Positions 12,730 through 25,294 of a stretch of DNA of 64,000 nt are shown here, in pieces. The notes under the pieces were generated by a model. It did not search any database. It had not been told where the DNA came from and saw only the letters and a list, made by a program, of their open reading frames with translations. The stretch is taken from assembly GCA_965113315.1 (NCBI GenBank), contig OZ220373.1, one strand, 5' to 3'. The position numbers and the translations under genes are program-made. This stretch comes from Podarcis vaucheri (lineage: Eukaryota). Each line of letters begins with the position of its first letter. Within the stretch, counting starts at the first letter, position 1.

Positions 12730-14230
12730 AAAACGCCGGGGGTCGGGCGCGTTTTGTCTTATGCAATATACAGTCGCTGTCGCGGAGGGTGGGAAACGAC
12801 ATCCACTTTAGCCGCCGCTGGCTTCTTTTCGCTCGCCGCGCTGCAGAAGCCGGCAGCCGGGGATTCCCTCCTCCCTCCAACTTGAAAAAGCAGCGCGCTC
12901 GCTGAGGGGATTCCCCCTTTCGCCGCTCTCCGAACGTTCGGGATTGTTCCGAGTGACGTCACGCGAGGGGGGCGCTGCTCGCGGGCTGGTGCGCCTTCAG
13001 CCGAAGTAGCGCCGCGCAAGCGAAGGTTGTTGGGAGGAAGAGAAAGGTGGCGTTTATAGGAGCGCGAGGCGTGGAGCGGGGGTTCCACGAAACCTCTCCT
13101 TTCGGGGGGCCCTTAAAACCTCCGCGCGCGTTCTGTCGTATGTGTCTTGTCGTTGGAGTTCTCCGCTTCGCACAAGCCAGAATCTTCTCCCTCTCCCTCC
13201 CTCCCTCGCACATGTACACAGCGTCGTAGAACGTCGGGCGCTCGCGCGCTCCCTCCCGCCCCCAACACAAGCCCAGCCTCGTCTAGCTGCTCGTGGCGGC
13301 TGTTGGCGGCGAACTCTCGCGAGGCTTGGGCGCAGGGCATCGCTGCTGCGGCTCGGAGCGGCGCCATTTTGGGGCTGACTGACTGACTGGAGCGAGGAGT
13401 TGTGCGCGCGGCGGGGGAGAAGCGGCGGCAAAAAGGAGCTTTCAAATCCGGGACCCCGCAGGAGCTGCTGTGCTTGGCCGGGACTTGGCTGGCAGGTTAG
13501 AGCCGCGTTACGCCGGCGCCGCCGCCTCCTCCTCCTTCCTCCATGCCACCCCCTCGCCGGTCGGTCGGTCTGAGGGAAGAGGTGGCGGAGGAAACAATGT
13601 TTGCGTGTGCGGAGCGTGGGGTTCCGGAGCCAGGCAGGCGAGCGGGCCCGTCCCCGGGGTAGAAGAGGCAGGAGAAACGGGGCTCTGAGGCTCCGCAGCT
13701 GCGAAGGATCCTCGGCCGGAGCGCGGCTCCCGTAGTTCGGTCTCTTCCCCCCGCCCCCCGGCCTGCATCGAGCCCTGGGCATGTGGCCTCTCCGTCCTTT
13801 CTCCGTCTCCCTTCCTCTTCCAACGGGGGGGGGGGGATAAACGGGACACCAGCTCTGTTGGGCCCCGGCTTGGTCGAGGGGCGGCAGTTGGAGGCAGCAG
13901 CTTCGAACCCCCTGCGGGCGGATTGCGAGCGAGCGAGGGTGTAAATATGACAACCTCCAGCGGGAGGACTCGTCCCCGACTTTACCTGGCCATGAAATGG
14001 GACGGGAGGAGGAGGAGGAGGGAGAGCGAAACCTGGGCAGGAAACGCGTGCGCACTCCCGTAGGTTAGACGCTCGGAGAGCCGCGGACGCCTTTCCTCCT
14101 CGCGCCCCTCATTCTTTCCTCGGGTCCCGGATCCGAGATTGCCACCTCGAGGGGGGGGTCCTATCGTGTGTTTACTCGGAAGTAAGCCCAGCGGCGCGGA
14201 GTGGGGACTTCTCCCGACTAACTATGCCTA
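12730..14230 (+). promoter_or_regulatory. GPBP1 CpG-island promoter
   Basis: CpG-rich block with full CRE TGACGTCA (12954-12961), CGCG/BANP-like TCTCGCGAG (13315-13323) and YY1-like GCGCCATTTT (13361-13370); AP-1 TGAGTCA just upstream (12486-12492). Confidence 0.85.
13330..13495 (+). other. GPBP1: Predicted non-coding exon 1 of GPBP1 (start approximate)
   Basis: YY1 motif typical of TSS-proximal sequence and candidate donor GGCAG|gttaga at 13495/13496. The TSS cannot be determined from sequence. Confidence 0.5.
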
Positions 14231-14658
14231 GGGGTTGCAGCTGCAAGTCCTCCCGTTTCACCGATCTTCCTTTTGTTCGGTTGGTTCGTTGTAGCTTTTA
14301 TCTTTATTCTTTCTTTTTTCCCTTTTTGGTACGAAATTGGGCCAAGGAACGTGCTTGGTGGGAGTTTTTAATTCTTCCGGTTTTCTTCGCGCCTGCCTCC
14401 CATGATAGTACTCTTACGCCAACCGCCGTTTCACCCTGGAGTAGGACCTCTTCCCCTCCCCTTTTCGCTGCTGACTCCAGCATATGTTTCCAGCGCAATC
14501 CGCGTGGATTTCGTTGCATGTCCTTATTTTAAGGCTTCCTTGTTCACAAGTACATGGTGTTCATTATTCTCAAGAGAGCAGATTCATAATGTTGCAGATT
14601 TCCTAGATGTCTCGAGAAAGGAACATTAATTGCAGTATGTCTTGTCTCTTTTTCCCAG

Positions 14659-15674
14659 CCTCCTACCCTACTTCTAGGTGATCTGGATTCTGAACATGAT
14701 CTTGGATATTTTGCAACCTGTTGCCTCAGCCTGTGAAAAAAAGGTAGCTGGATGCTGACCTGCAGAGTCTGCTTCGATTGAAAGCGAAAACGTTGACTAA
14801 AAAGGGAATTGGGATTATAACCTGTTCAGTTGCTTTTCCACTTCAAACACTTCTGAAGCCTGCAGAACCCGGTTTATGAACTTTTGAGATTCTTCTCCTG
14901 CTTCCCCTTAAATTCAGGATATCATCTTGGACTAATTTTTCTCCATATGGAATGGATAATTGTATAAACTTCTTAAGTTCTGCATGCTACTTTCAAGAAC
15001 TGTTTTTGCTTTCTAGTTCAAACATTTCAGTCAAAACAGAGATTGACTTGATTTGTCAACTAAGTCTAGAAGATTATATTAAATGTAGCTCCCAATTTTT
15101 CTAATATTGATGTAGAATTTATGGCAAATATTGCTTTCATTTTTTAGGCAATTTGGAATTACTTTTTACAATGATGTCTGTTTCCTAAATGAAGAGACAA
15201 AGAGCTTTATTTTTCATTTTTTAGTGGGGTTTTTTTGTAGTGTTCTGAAGAAGCAATATGGGAATATCCAGATAGCTGCTGTGTGTGGATGTCTGAATCG
15301 ACTCTTAGAAATGAACTTCATATTGAATGCAGACTTTGACTTCTCAGTTCTATTCTTTATGTCATAAAAGGTGTATTTATTTCTTTTGGAACTGATGTTT
15401 ATGATAGTAAGATATATGCGGAATAGGAAAGTGAAGAAGTGTCAGAAGATAAGACAGGCTGTCAAAACCAGACTTGTCTGACTTTTTTGAAAATAACTTT
15501 TTGGAGTCCTTAAATGTGAAGAATGGGTAGCTGATTTCCAATAATCAGCCCTTGTATTGCATAGCTACGGATGTAGTATCTTTAAGGAACTCGGATCATT
15601 ACTGCAAGGGAAGCAAACTGGAAAACGCAAATCACAGAGAGTTAATGCCAATCTGTGCAGTTCTCTTGGATTTT
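14659..15674 (+). other. GPBP1: Predicted long 5'UTR exon 2 of GPBP1 (~1016 nt)
   Basis: Acceptor tctctttttcccag|, donor TTTT|gtaagt, repeat-free. Consistent with my recollection of a long non-coding second exon in mammalian GPBP1. Confidence 0.6.
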
Positions 15675-16286
15675 GTAAGTATTGCCTGAAACTACAATTG
15701 TTACAAATATTAATTGTAAGTGAGGTAAACTGTTGATGCTCATTTTTTGTTTTGCTTCTGTTAATATTTTTCTTTATCAAAAGTTTGAGAGGCATGTTAA
15801 CACATGAAAATCTTTTTTAACTATATCAGAACTTGCTTGGATTCTAAGGAAGCTTAGACTTACTACTTAAATTTGAAGTTTCAACTGATTCATGACTACT
15901 TGAAAATGAATCTGATTGAACTTAAATGGACTTGCATCCTATTTAGGATTTGAACCATGTGCAGAAGTGATCATTAGGTCAGTGCCAGGCATCTTGATAG
16001 TGCTGTGATGATAGTTTTGGACCAGGATTAAGCCTTATTTGTCTTTCTCCTCTATACCCCCCACCTGATTTTAGTACTAATATCTTAGTTTCATGTAAGG
16101 TCTGAACCAGAAAACTGGTTAGCTTAATTCAAGATAGCTGTATTAAAGCTTGCCACAAGAGGATTGCAACTGGCCACTAAATATAAAAGTGATTGTGAGC
16201 TGTCTAGATAGAATTCTCATTCTGTTTAGTCTCTTATGTGTATGTAGCAGATATAGTAGTGTTGGTATAGAAACACTTCTGTGAAC

Positions 16287-16570
16287 GTGGAATGCTCTTC
16301 CTAGGGAGACCTGCCTGGTGCCCTCATCTTAAGGCACCAGGCAAAAGCATTCCCTTTCTCCCAGGCCTTTGTTTAATTAGACAGGCCTTTATTTAACTAC
16401 CCTGTCTATGGCCTATTAAACTGTGTGTTCGAGTGGGATTATTGTTTTTATTTGTTACTATGGTATCTGTGTATGTACATACTATGTTATGTATGTTATG
16501 GTATACATTTATATGTTGTAAACTGCCCTGTGATCCTTGAATGAAGGGCGGTATAGAAATTAAATAAACA
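16287..16570 (+). mobile_element. L2 LINE 3' end
   Basis: gtggaatgctcttcctagggag...tctcccaggccttt...gtaaactgccctgtgatcc...gaagggcggtatagaaattaaataaa. Confidence 0.65.
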
Positions 16571-16821
16571 ATAATATGATCGTCCATAGCCACTTGGAAC
16601 AATTTTAGATTATTAAAATGGAACCCTGATCCTACTCAGATCTTCACCTGATATCAATAATTTTTTTTACAAGAGGATACTGGCATATGCTGTCCCCCAG
16701 TGTAGATGTGTGATGCTTTGCTCCTTTTGCCTCTAAATGCCCATTAACCTTGTACACAATTTGTTTTGATATTTTACAGAAAGCATTTTTAAAGCCCTAG
16801 CTGCCAATATATACAGTGGTA

Positions 16822-17036
16822 CAGTGGAACCTTGGTTGTCAAATGCTTCGGAAGTAAAACGATTCGGAATGCTTCCGTTTTCGAACACGCCTTGGAAGTC
16901 AAATGGCTTCTGAGACGCGTTTCCCCACTTTTTCAATGGATTTTGCCAACTGGCAATTGTGCCTTGGTTGTCAAAAGTTTTGGAAGTTGAACGGTTTTCC
17001 GGAACGGATTACGTTAGACAACCGAGGGTTCCACTG
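16822..17036. mobile_element. Tc1/mariner (Tigger-like) MITE
   Basis: TIRs cagtggaaccttggttgtc / gacaaccgagggttccactg, flanked by TA. Confidence 0.85.
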
Positions 17037-18989
17037 TATATGATTCTGAAATGATTTTGGTGCCACTTTCCAAAGATGTAGTCTACCACAAAAAATGAGG
17101 TGCATTGGCCCCCATGTTGGCCTGGTTAATAGTAAGCCATAAACTACAGCACTTGTGGTTCATTTAACTCAAGAAGCCGGGGTTTGTTCTTTGCCTCTAG
17201 CTTCTAGTTTGTTTTGGAAATGCTAAGCTTGGTTTGCTTCCTTATGATATGCACAAAAAGAGAGGGGCAGGCACACTTGATCCATGTGTGCTAGCACGCT
17301 ACTTGTTTGTGGTGAGGTGTGGTTTGTTTTAGACCATGATTTACTGCTAACATTCAAACTGGGCCAACATCAACTTAATATTTTTGATGATTCGTTGTTA
17401 TATTTCATCTCCAGAAAAAACACATACAGAGAGTTGTTTATGCCAAGCAACTGCTGGTGTCTGGTGATGTATAGCTGAGCATTTGTTAATTTTGTTGACA
17501 AGCCAGTGACAAGTGACAGTGGAAAGGATACAACTCATGAATTAGAAGCAATCCTCTTTTTAAGTTAGAGTGGAGAAAACAGAAGAGAAAGTAAAACAGA
17601 AACTTAATATGCACAGGAGAAATACTGGACTCATAACAGGAGAGAAAATAAAATAGAAACCAAACTATTTAACTTGTATAGTTAAATAGCTTTTTATGCT
17701 AAGATAAAGCCCAGCTTGAAGAAGAATTCACCCCCTTGAACAGGGTTAGCCTAAATAGTGCCCTCCTATTATTCCAGATAATTAGCCATGTGGTCTTAGA
17801 CTGGTACCAGTTGTACTCCAGTGTTTGAGAGCCACCATGCTGAATAATATTTACCCCAGGGTCAAATGAGCCTTTGCAGTACAGTAGGGTTGCATCTTAT
17901 GCAGAGGTTTGGTTCCAGTGGTTCCGCATATACCCAAACCCAGATGGATAGCAGATGGGGAGGGTGGAGGAGAGAGAGAAAGAATTCCTAGTACTCCTGG
18001 AGCTGGCACACTCAGCAGGCCTTGCTTAGCAAACAAGGTGGAGTGCTTGAAAACTCTCTTTGCTGGGTAACCCAAGTGGACCCAGCGTGATAAGAACTTT
18101 TAATCTCTTTTCCTTGCTTGGATTTCACTTGCACTTATGTGGTGTATGGTTGAAATAAACACAAGTTAAATGTGCTTAAAGTGTGACTGTACTGTACTTT
18201 GCAGTGGCTTGTTACTAAACACACATTTGATAGTTTCATTTTCTTGCTCATTTCAATTGGGATAAATCGGAACCCTGCTATGTTAGGCAGTAATCTAGCC
18301 CCTCTTACTGGAACTAAGTACCATGGGATTCAGTAGAACTTGCTTATGAGTAGACACAGGCTCAGACACTGTTAGTTGTTTTTTTTAAAAAATGAAGATG
18401 CTGGAATACTGAAATGGTATAAGACAACTTCCCCAATAATTGTTGAGGGGTGCAGAAAGCAAAGGCATTCAAGAGCATACTGCAATTTATGAAATTGTTC
18501 AGGCATGCTAAAATATATATTTCAAAATACTTCAAACACCTGCTAGGGTCCACAGCAATCCCACTGGCTTGGGATTTAAAATACATTTTTGCTAGTGCAT
18601 TTATGCAGTATGGTTGTGCTAAAGATGTGAAACCCCTTTTGATGATGTTGGGTGCCTTAGTGCTTATGCAGTAATGGTGGTGGCTGGTCTGCACTGGACC
18701 AAGGGCTTGGTGTCACTCTATACATGATAGGATGGGCAAAAGGTTTCTCTATACCAAATAGGATTGGTCTCTTAAGCTTTAGCTTGGCTACAGAATGTTC
18801 TGTTTTAGTTGGCTGCTTAGATCCTCCGTTTTAATTTATTCTCCAGCAGAATACTTGAGTCAACACAGTAGATTAACTACTTCTAAATTTATCTTGCTCT
18901 GTACTTTATTAGAAGTAAAACTTGGATAGCTTCATTAGGGCAATGAGAATACAGTTGTGTTTAATTATAACATTTTAAATTTCCTGCAG

Positions 18990-19059
18990 GTTTATTTTCA
19001 ACAGAATCCAGTGCTGCCTCAAAAAATATATAAGATGGACAAAACAACCTAGTTACAAA
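18990..19059 (+). other. Candidate 70-nt 5'UTR cassette exon of GPBP1
   Basis: Acceptor tttcctgcag|G and consensus donor AAA|gtaagt; no transcript evidence available. Confidence 0.45.
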
Positions 19060-20124
19060 GTAAGTGACTGATATTTGGCACTATTCAAATCACCTTAAAC
19101 TCCAGCATATTTACGTATGTTAATCTTCCCCCCAAATTTGACAATTTAAAACCTTAAATCAGAGATTGAAGTGAAGCCTGGGAGTGAAGATTCTTCAGTG
19201 CATAAACAATTCTTTTGATCTCTGTTGATATTTTGACTTGGACTACTTATCTTTGAAAATTCTATTTAGTTAGCTTTTTCTTTGTGTCTGCCGATATGAC
19301 AGTGAATCTCCCCTTTCCTTGTACAGCATGCTTGGTTGAGAGCTCAGTGCAGACATTCCCCATCTTTCCTAAAAGTGCTTGCAGAAATCCCCTGACGATT
19401 CTGTGGATCTTTGGCAAGAGGTCTAAAATGTTGACATCAATAGAGTTTTTGTACAATTTCTGTACAGAAGTGAAGGAAATCTTCATACCTGTGCATGCTA
19501 AAATGATTAGCAAGAATTTCAGACTTAATTCAGGCATCAAAAGTAAGAATTTGAATTACATAGTACAGTATGTATATAATGTATGCAGTTTCTTACTGTG
19601 TAGGTCTTTAATTTTAATTGCAGCTTGAAGTGGAACCAGCTACATAGATTGTATCTTGTTCCCGAACAGGATATTCTGTAATTTTCCTTCCACAGAAGCA
19701 TTAAAAAGTGTGCCTCAGAATGTGTGCCGCATCTTACAATGATGACAAATCCTGATAGAAGTCATCATGATAGAAGTCATTATAGTTTCTGATTATGCAA
19801 CTGAAACTTTTGTATTGTGTAGAAACAATTCTATGCAAGTTATCTGTCTTAGCCCACTTCCCTGGAAGTAAGCCCCAGTGAGTTCATGTGATTGCTATTA
19901 CACTATTAGAATCCCAATGTATGTAAAAACAATTGTTTTCTGGTGTGTATTTTGTAGGCTGTGTTGCTTTAGTTATATAGTTTCCAATTTGTTTCTGGGC
20001 CCAATTCAATGAGCTAATGTTGACCTATAAAACAGTAAATGACCTGAGGCCAGGGTTTGAAAGGCCACCTCCTCCTTTGTGAACCCACTTGTAGAATATA
20101 GTCTTCTGAGACTTTGTTTTATGT

Positions 20125-20484
20125 AAGGTAAAGGTAAAGGTACCCCTGCCCGAACGGGCCAGTCTTGACAGACTCTGGGGTTTGTGCGCCCATCTCACAT
20201 CTATAGGCCGGGGGCCAGCGCTGTCCAGAGACACTTCCGGGTCACGTGGCCAGCGTGACAAAGCTGCATCTGGCGAGCCAGCGCAGCACATGGAACGCCG
20301 TTTACCTTCCCGCTGGTAAACGGTACCTATTTATCTACTTGCACCCGGGAGTGCTTTCGAACTGCTAGGTTGGCAGGCACTGGGACCGAGCAGCGGGAGC
20401 GCACCCCGTCGCGGGGATTCGAACCGCCGACCTTTCGATCGGCAAGCCCTAGGCGCTGAGGCTTTTACCCACAGCGCCACCCGC
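20125..20484 (-). mobile_element. Sauria SINE (Squam1), young copy
   Basis: Nearly identical to 5214-5577. Confidence 0.92.
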
Positions 20485-20582
20485 TCCGTACCACCACCTA
20501 AAGAATAAAAGTTGGTGGAAGCATGGCACAAAGCATTACAGTTGTGGAATTTCCACTTAAGAAAGGTGAGATTGGCCCTATA

Positions 20583-20780
20583 CAGTGGTACCTCGGGTTT
20601 CAAATGTAATCAGTTCCGGAAGTCTGTTCAAGTTCCGAAATGTTCAAAAAACAAAAACTGAAAGCAGAAGCCTCAAAATGGAAAACTCAAAATGGAAGCT
20701 GCATTTCCTGTTCGAATTCTGAGGCGCGTTCGAAAACCGAGGCATTTACTTTGGGTTTTCAGTGTTCCAAAATCATAGCA
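20583..20780. mobile_element. Tc1/mariner MITE, one-ended fragment
   Basis: ta|cagtggtacctcgggtt TIR; second TIR not found. Confidence 0.6.
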
Positions 20781-21687
20781 TGTTCTCCATTGGGGTTTGT
20801 AGTTAGTTCCTGCAGGTTCTCTCTTTGGCCCGAATTGAGTGCATACATGATAAATTGGTCATCCAGCACTTCACAGTATATGCGGCTCCTAACATTGCAA
20901 ATAGTATTTTAGAAATGTTAGGCATTGTAAGGATCTTTGTATGCAGTACAGTGATGAGATGACTGTTGTTCATTCTAGGATGGTGTAGTTGTGGATCGAT
21001 AATAAAAAAATGTTATGATTAATTGCTTTATACTTGGGAAATGTGAAACTCCTACTATAACTAAATTTAGCACATCCAAGGAGCTATGATATTTATTATA
21101 AGTGCATTCTTGTTTCTTATGGACAAAAAAACACACAAAAAAGCAGTTTTGAAACTACACAATTTGGCCAGTCTTGTATATATGCATGGTATGCTTATAA
21201 GTGAGTCCTGCTGCTAATCATGATGAAGACACTGCAAATGACAACTGCTGCACGACAAGTGCTAGAGAGTGCATGTCTAGCCTGTGAGGTGTCCACAAAC
21301 AAAATACTGGTGCCAACCTTGGCTTAGCTCCATGGTCCTGCACATTTGCACAATCCTATCACGCCATGGTGCGGCTTACTGTGTGGTGCAAATGAGGCTC
21401 ACAAGTCTGAAGAGTGGAATAATTATGATTCTTTTTCTACTTTGGATATCTTTTCAGGGCTGTTTCACCTTGTGTTAGCCCTGGAGCAATTTAAGTGTAC
21501 ATGGTATGGTCATAAGCCAGGCTCTCCATTGCTCTAGTGTTCTCTGCTATTTCTTTGAACTGCATTTCCTTTCTTATGCAACCCCTAAGACTTGATGGCG
21601 ATGCATTTCTTCTTAATTCTTAGCAACATAACTGTTGAAAGTAGTCAATTCAGGGTGATAAGTACCTGGGTACTCTATATCCTGAAA

Positions 21688-21689
<2 letters not shown>

Positions 21690-21773
<84 letters not shown>
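21690..21773. repeat. Compound (CT)n(CA)n microsatellite
   Basis: Directly visible. Confidence 0.95.
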
Positions 21774-23821
21774 GTATAATATGGGCTCACCCTATTCTTC
21801 TGATTAGAAATAGTTTTTTATATTTTTGTAAACTGCCCTGAAATCTGAAGGGCATAAAAATTCAGTAAATAGTTATAGAAATTAACTCATGCAGTCATTA
21901 ACAGCTTTTAAGTGCTTTTCAACATAGACTTGGAAACACATCAAATATAGCTTGCTGCTTACAAGATGTTAGGGCCCCTGCGCTCCACTAACAACATCTC
22001 CATGCCATTAGATAGATACTTAATAGAAAACCCCATCCACTCTTGCTTTTGAATTGTGTAGTGTAGCTGGTATGATGACATGACTGAGCTGTAGCATTTT
22101 CCAGAAAGTGGTGACCTTCAACTCTAGAGCTGCGAGATGCAGTTTAAATGACTGCACCCATGATTGTATGGATTGATGTGGAATAAAATTAAACTTAGGC
22201 GACATTTTATTGGGTTGTCAGCTTTGATTGTAACCTGATATGCTCACTCTCCCTAGAGTTTACAGTTTCTAATGATGAGGACTGTTTTATTTCAAACTAG
22301 AAATAAAAGCAACCAAAAAACAATTTAAAACTGTTTTTGTTTATACTACGTTAGACCCAGACTTGATTTTCTGTGAATGGAAAGCTTGCAGAAGGGACCG
22401 GATGCAGTGACTGCCCTTAAGAATATGAAGGGTGGGAAGCAACCTGGTTGTCAAATGACTGTATACTGGGGTGCATTTTAGCCTATGCTTGTATTAAAAC
22501 TACTACATGAGCTTGGCAGAGCGAGGTGTGAGATAGTGGCATAGTGAAAATGAGTGCAGATTTTACTTTTTGTCAGTTGGCCAGAGAAAATCCTTGTAAA
22601 ACTTCCATATTATACATGAAATCCATAATTAATGAAGTGCTGAAGATGAAGATGGCTATCAGATATTCAGCAACTGAATATGAACTGAACTGAAAAGGAA
22701 CTGTCACATACTGTTGCTCAGCAGTTAAGATCATTGTAGCCTGTAAAAGGGCCGAGCAACTTTGTTCAGTATTGAGGGTCACATAAAAATGGAAGTTGGA
22801 ATACATACAGTATCTAAAGATTCAGAAAACTGTTAAATGCCAGATGTGTATATATAGATGAGGGTAATACCAAGCACTTACTCTGTGGTAGTCAGGAATT
22901 GGTACTGTCATTTGAAAATCCTCATTTTCCTATGACAGAAGGGAATATTCTTCATTGAGTTGCTGCAAAACTGACTTGTGACATGCCTTTTGTGGTAGAG
23001 ACATGCCTTTCTTCAGTCTTTCTGCCTTTAACCTAGCAGACAGGCTAAGCTCAAAATATATCTGCCCATATATTAAAAATGTAATAATCTCACACTGCAG
23101 TTTGCTTGACTGTAGATAAGTGGCAATCCAAAATACAGTGTATTGGGAGGTGATGGATAGGTAGCTCATAGAGGGATTCCCAGAACAGGCTGCAGTGGTC
23201 TTCCAGCTCTGCTAGATTCTTCACCTGTCAGTCTCAGGGCCCAGGATCCAGATCCACAGGCCAGCTGGTGCTGCTACTGGCCACTTTCCTCGTCTGTGGC
23301 TGATGTTGAAATCTGGTGCTGCTGCCATAAACAGTGGCAGGAGGAACTGTTTCTGCCTGCTTCTGAATTTGTGGTAGAAATCACAGCACCAGGAGGTGAA
23401 AAGCAAGGAGGAAGGCACACAGAAGCAGTGGCTTCTTACGGAACGTACAGAGCAATCCTAACTTTGTCTCCTTACAGGCAAGTCTTGCTGAATTAAGTGG
23501 GACTTTCCCAGGTAAGTGTGGTTAGAATTGCAGTCTAAGACATTAACATTGCTGGTGTTAAAATCTTCACTGACTCCCAGTTTATTTCAGTGCTTTTCCA
23601 AGTACACTTGGTGAATAGCTTTTTAAATTTGTGTTTGTGTTAGCTGTGATTCTTGAATGTTATTGTGGTTCTTTTCACTTATTAAGTTTCTTTGGGGATA
23701 TTAAAGTCTTATTGCAAGATACGTGATTAAAAATATATATCCTACATTTCACTTCTCTGATAGGTATTTGCCATGAGGTGTTGAAGCCTTGTTTTCACTG
23801 ATTTGGAGAGACTGGACCTAA

Positions 23822-23884
23822 ATGGCGCAGCATGACTTTGCTCCAGCCTGGCTTAATTTTCCTACTCCACCATCATCATCAAAG
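23822..23884 (+). CDS. GPBP1: GPBP1 (vasculin) coding exon 1; exon begins at 23764 with 58 nt of 5'UTR
   Basis: MAQHDFAPAWLNFPTPPSSSK, the vasculin N-terminus; acceptor tgatag| at 23763, donor AAG|gtgtgt. Confidence 0.97.
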
Positions 23885-25294
23885 GTGTGTTCTTACAGTT
23901 CATTATGAGTATCAGCACCCACTTATCTTTCTTTCACTTTTGAAATTAGCAAAGGTTGTGTAAACCATTCATTAGTATACCAGACTCAGCTACTGTTAGT
24001 GCAGTAGTGCAGCTACTGTTAGATCCTGGACTTAATGATGTAATGACTGCAACCCTTCTCTCCTCCACCCCCCCCAACCCCATGCTTTTCATTGGTTTAT
24101 ATATTCAAGAGATATTAGAACAAAAATCTCAAAGAAAAACTGTTTTCCAAAAGGGAGCCTAAATTTCGCAATTTAAACAGATCATGCCACCATGATAGTT
24201 ATTACTATTTATTAAATTTGTATACTGCCCTATGCCCGTAGGTCTCAGGGCGGTTGACTGCAGCAATCAAATGTAATTTGCCTCTGCTGCCCTAATAGTA
24301 AACACCACAATTAACTTGGGAATAATCACCAAAAGTGCATGCCTGGCTCACCTCCTTTTGACTGTAAAATTCATTTAAAATAAGCAAGCAAGCAAACAGG
24401 CAAGAAAAGTGGTCAGCTGGTGCTGACCGTATGTTCCAGATTTTTCTGGGTTTTTTTGTTTAAAATCCTATTGGTGTATGCCTCTCTTTGTAAAAATAGT
24501 CTAGTTTAAATGAAACATTATTATGGTACAAGCATGTTAATAGAATTATGTTTTAAACAGGTAAAACATTGTAAATTGGCCATTATTTTACAGCAGTAGG
24601 AATACCACTCTGCAGAGCTTACCTTCTTGCCTCCCCAAATTGCATTGTGGTGCTTATTGTTTTGAATAGTTTTCAGCTTATGTATGTTTGCCACCGTAAG
24701 TTCTCTGGAGGAAGGACTGGTTTAAAAAGTTTTTTAAAGGGTCATATCCAACCATGTCCATGTGCACGTTCAATGAACTTTACCTTCCTCGCTTTCACCC
24801 CTGCAGCTCTCCACACATCCTCAAAACCTGCTCTAGAGGGTTGGGCAACTCTGGAGCAGATTTTGGGAAGGCAAAGACCCATTCTGTTAGCAGAAGTCCA
24901 TTCATGTAATGCTCAGATCTGCCCAATAATTTATTGCTCTTTTTATATCATTGTTTCGCAGTAACAGCTATGTAATTTGGGGTTTTGTGGTGTGTGTGTG
25001 TGTGTAGTTGGCATAAGTGTCAACCCTGTTTATCTCATCGGCTTGGATCCAGAGATTTTTTTTTTTGCACAAGTGGAGAAGTGCTTCCCCTTGAACAAAG
25101 TAGATCTGCCTGATTTGTCCAGTTTCCCTTTCCTGACTCCTTTGTCCCATTCCACTCTGTTCCAGGGGGTCTATCAATCTTCAGTCACAGCATTTGGGTC
25201 TAGGGAGGAGCCAGAAAAACTGATGTGTGAGCAGAGTTCCACTCAATTGTCTCTGGATCTTACCCATAGTGTTTTGCTGGAAAAATACTTGATA

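Noticed and set aside
12563-14055. ORFs up to 333 aa over the GPBP1 promoter
   Set aside because: Same CpG-island artefact.
19739-19792. Intronic ATGATGA...CTGA...CTGA resembling a C/D-box snoRNA
   Set aside because: Only ~54 nt, C-to-D' spacing is too short, the terminal stem is weak, and the pattern is largely explained by a local tgatagaagtcat duplication.
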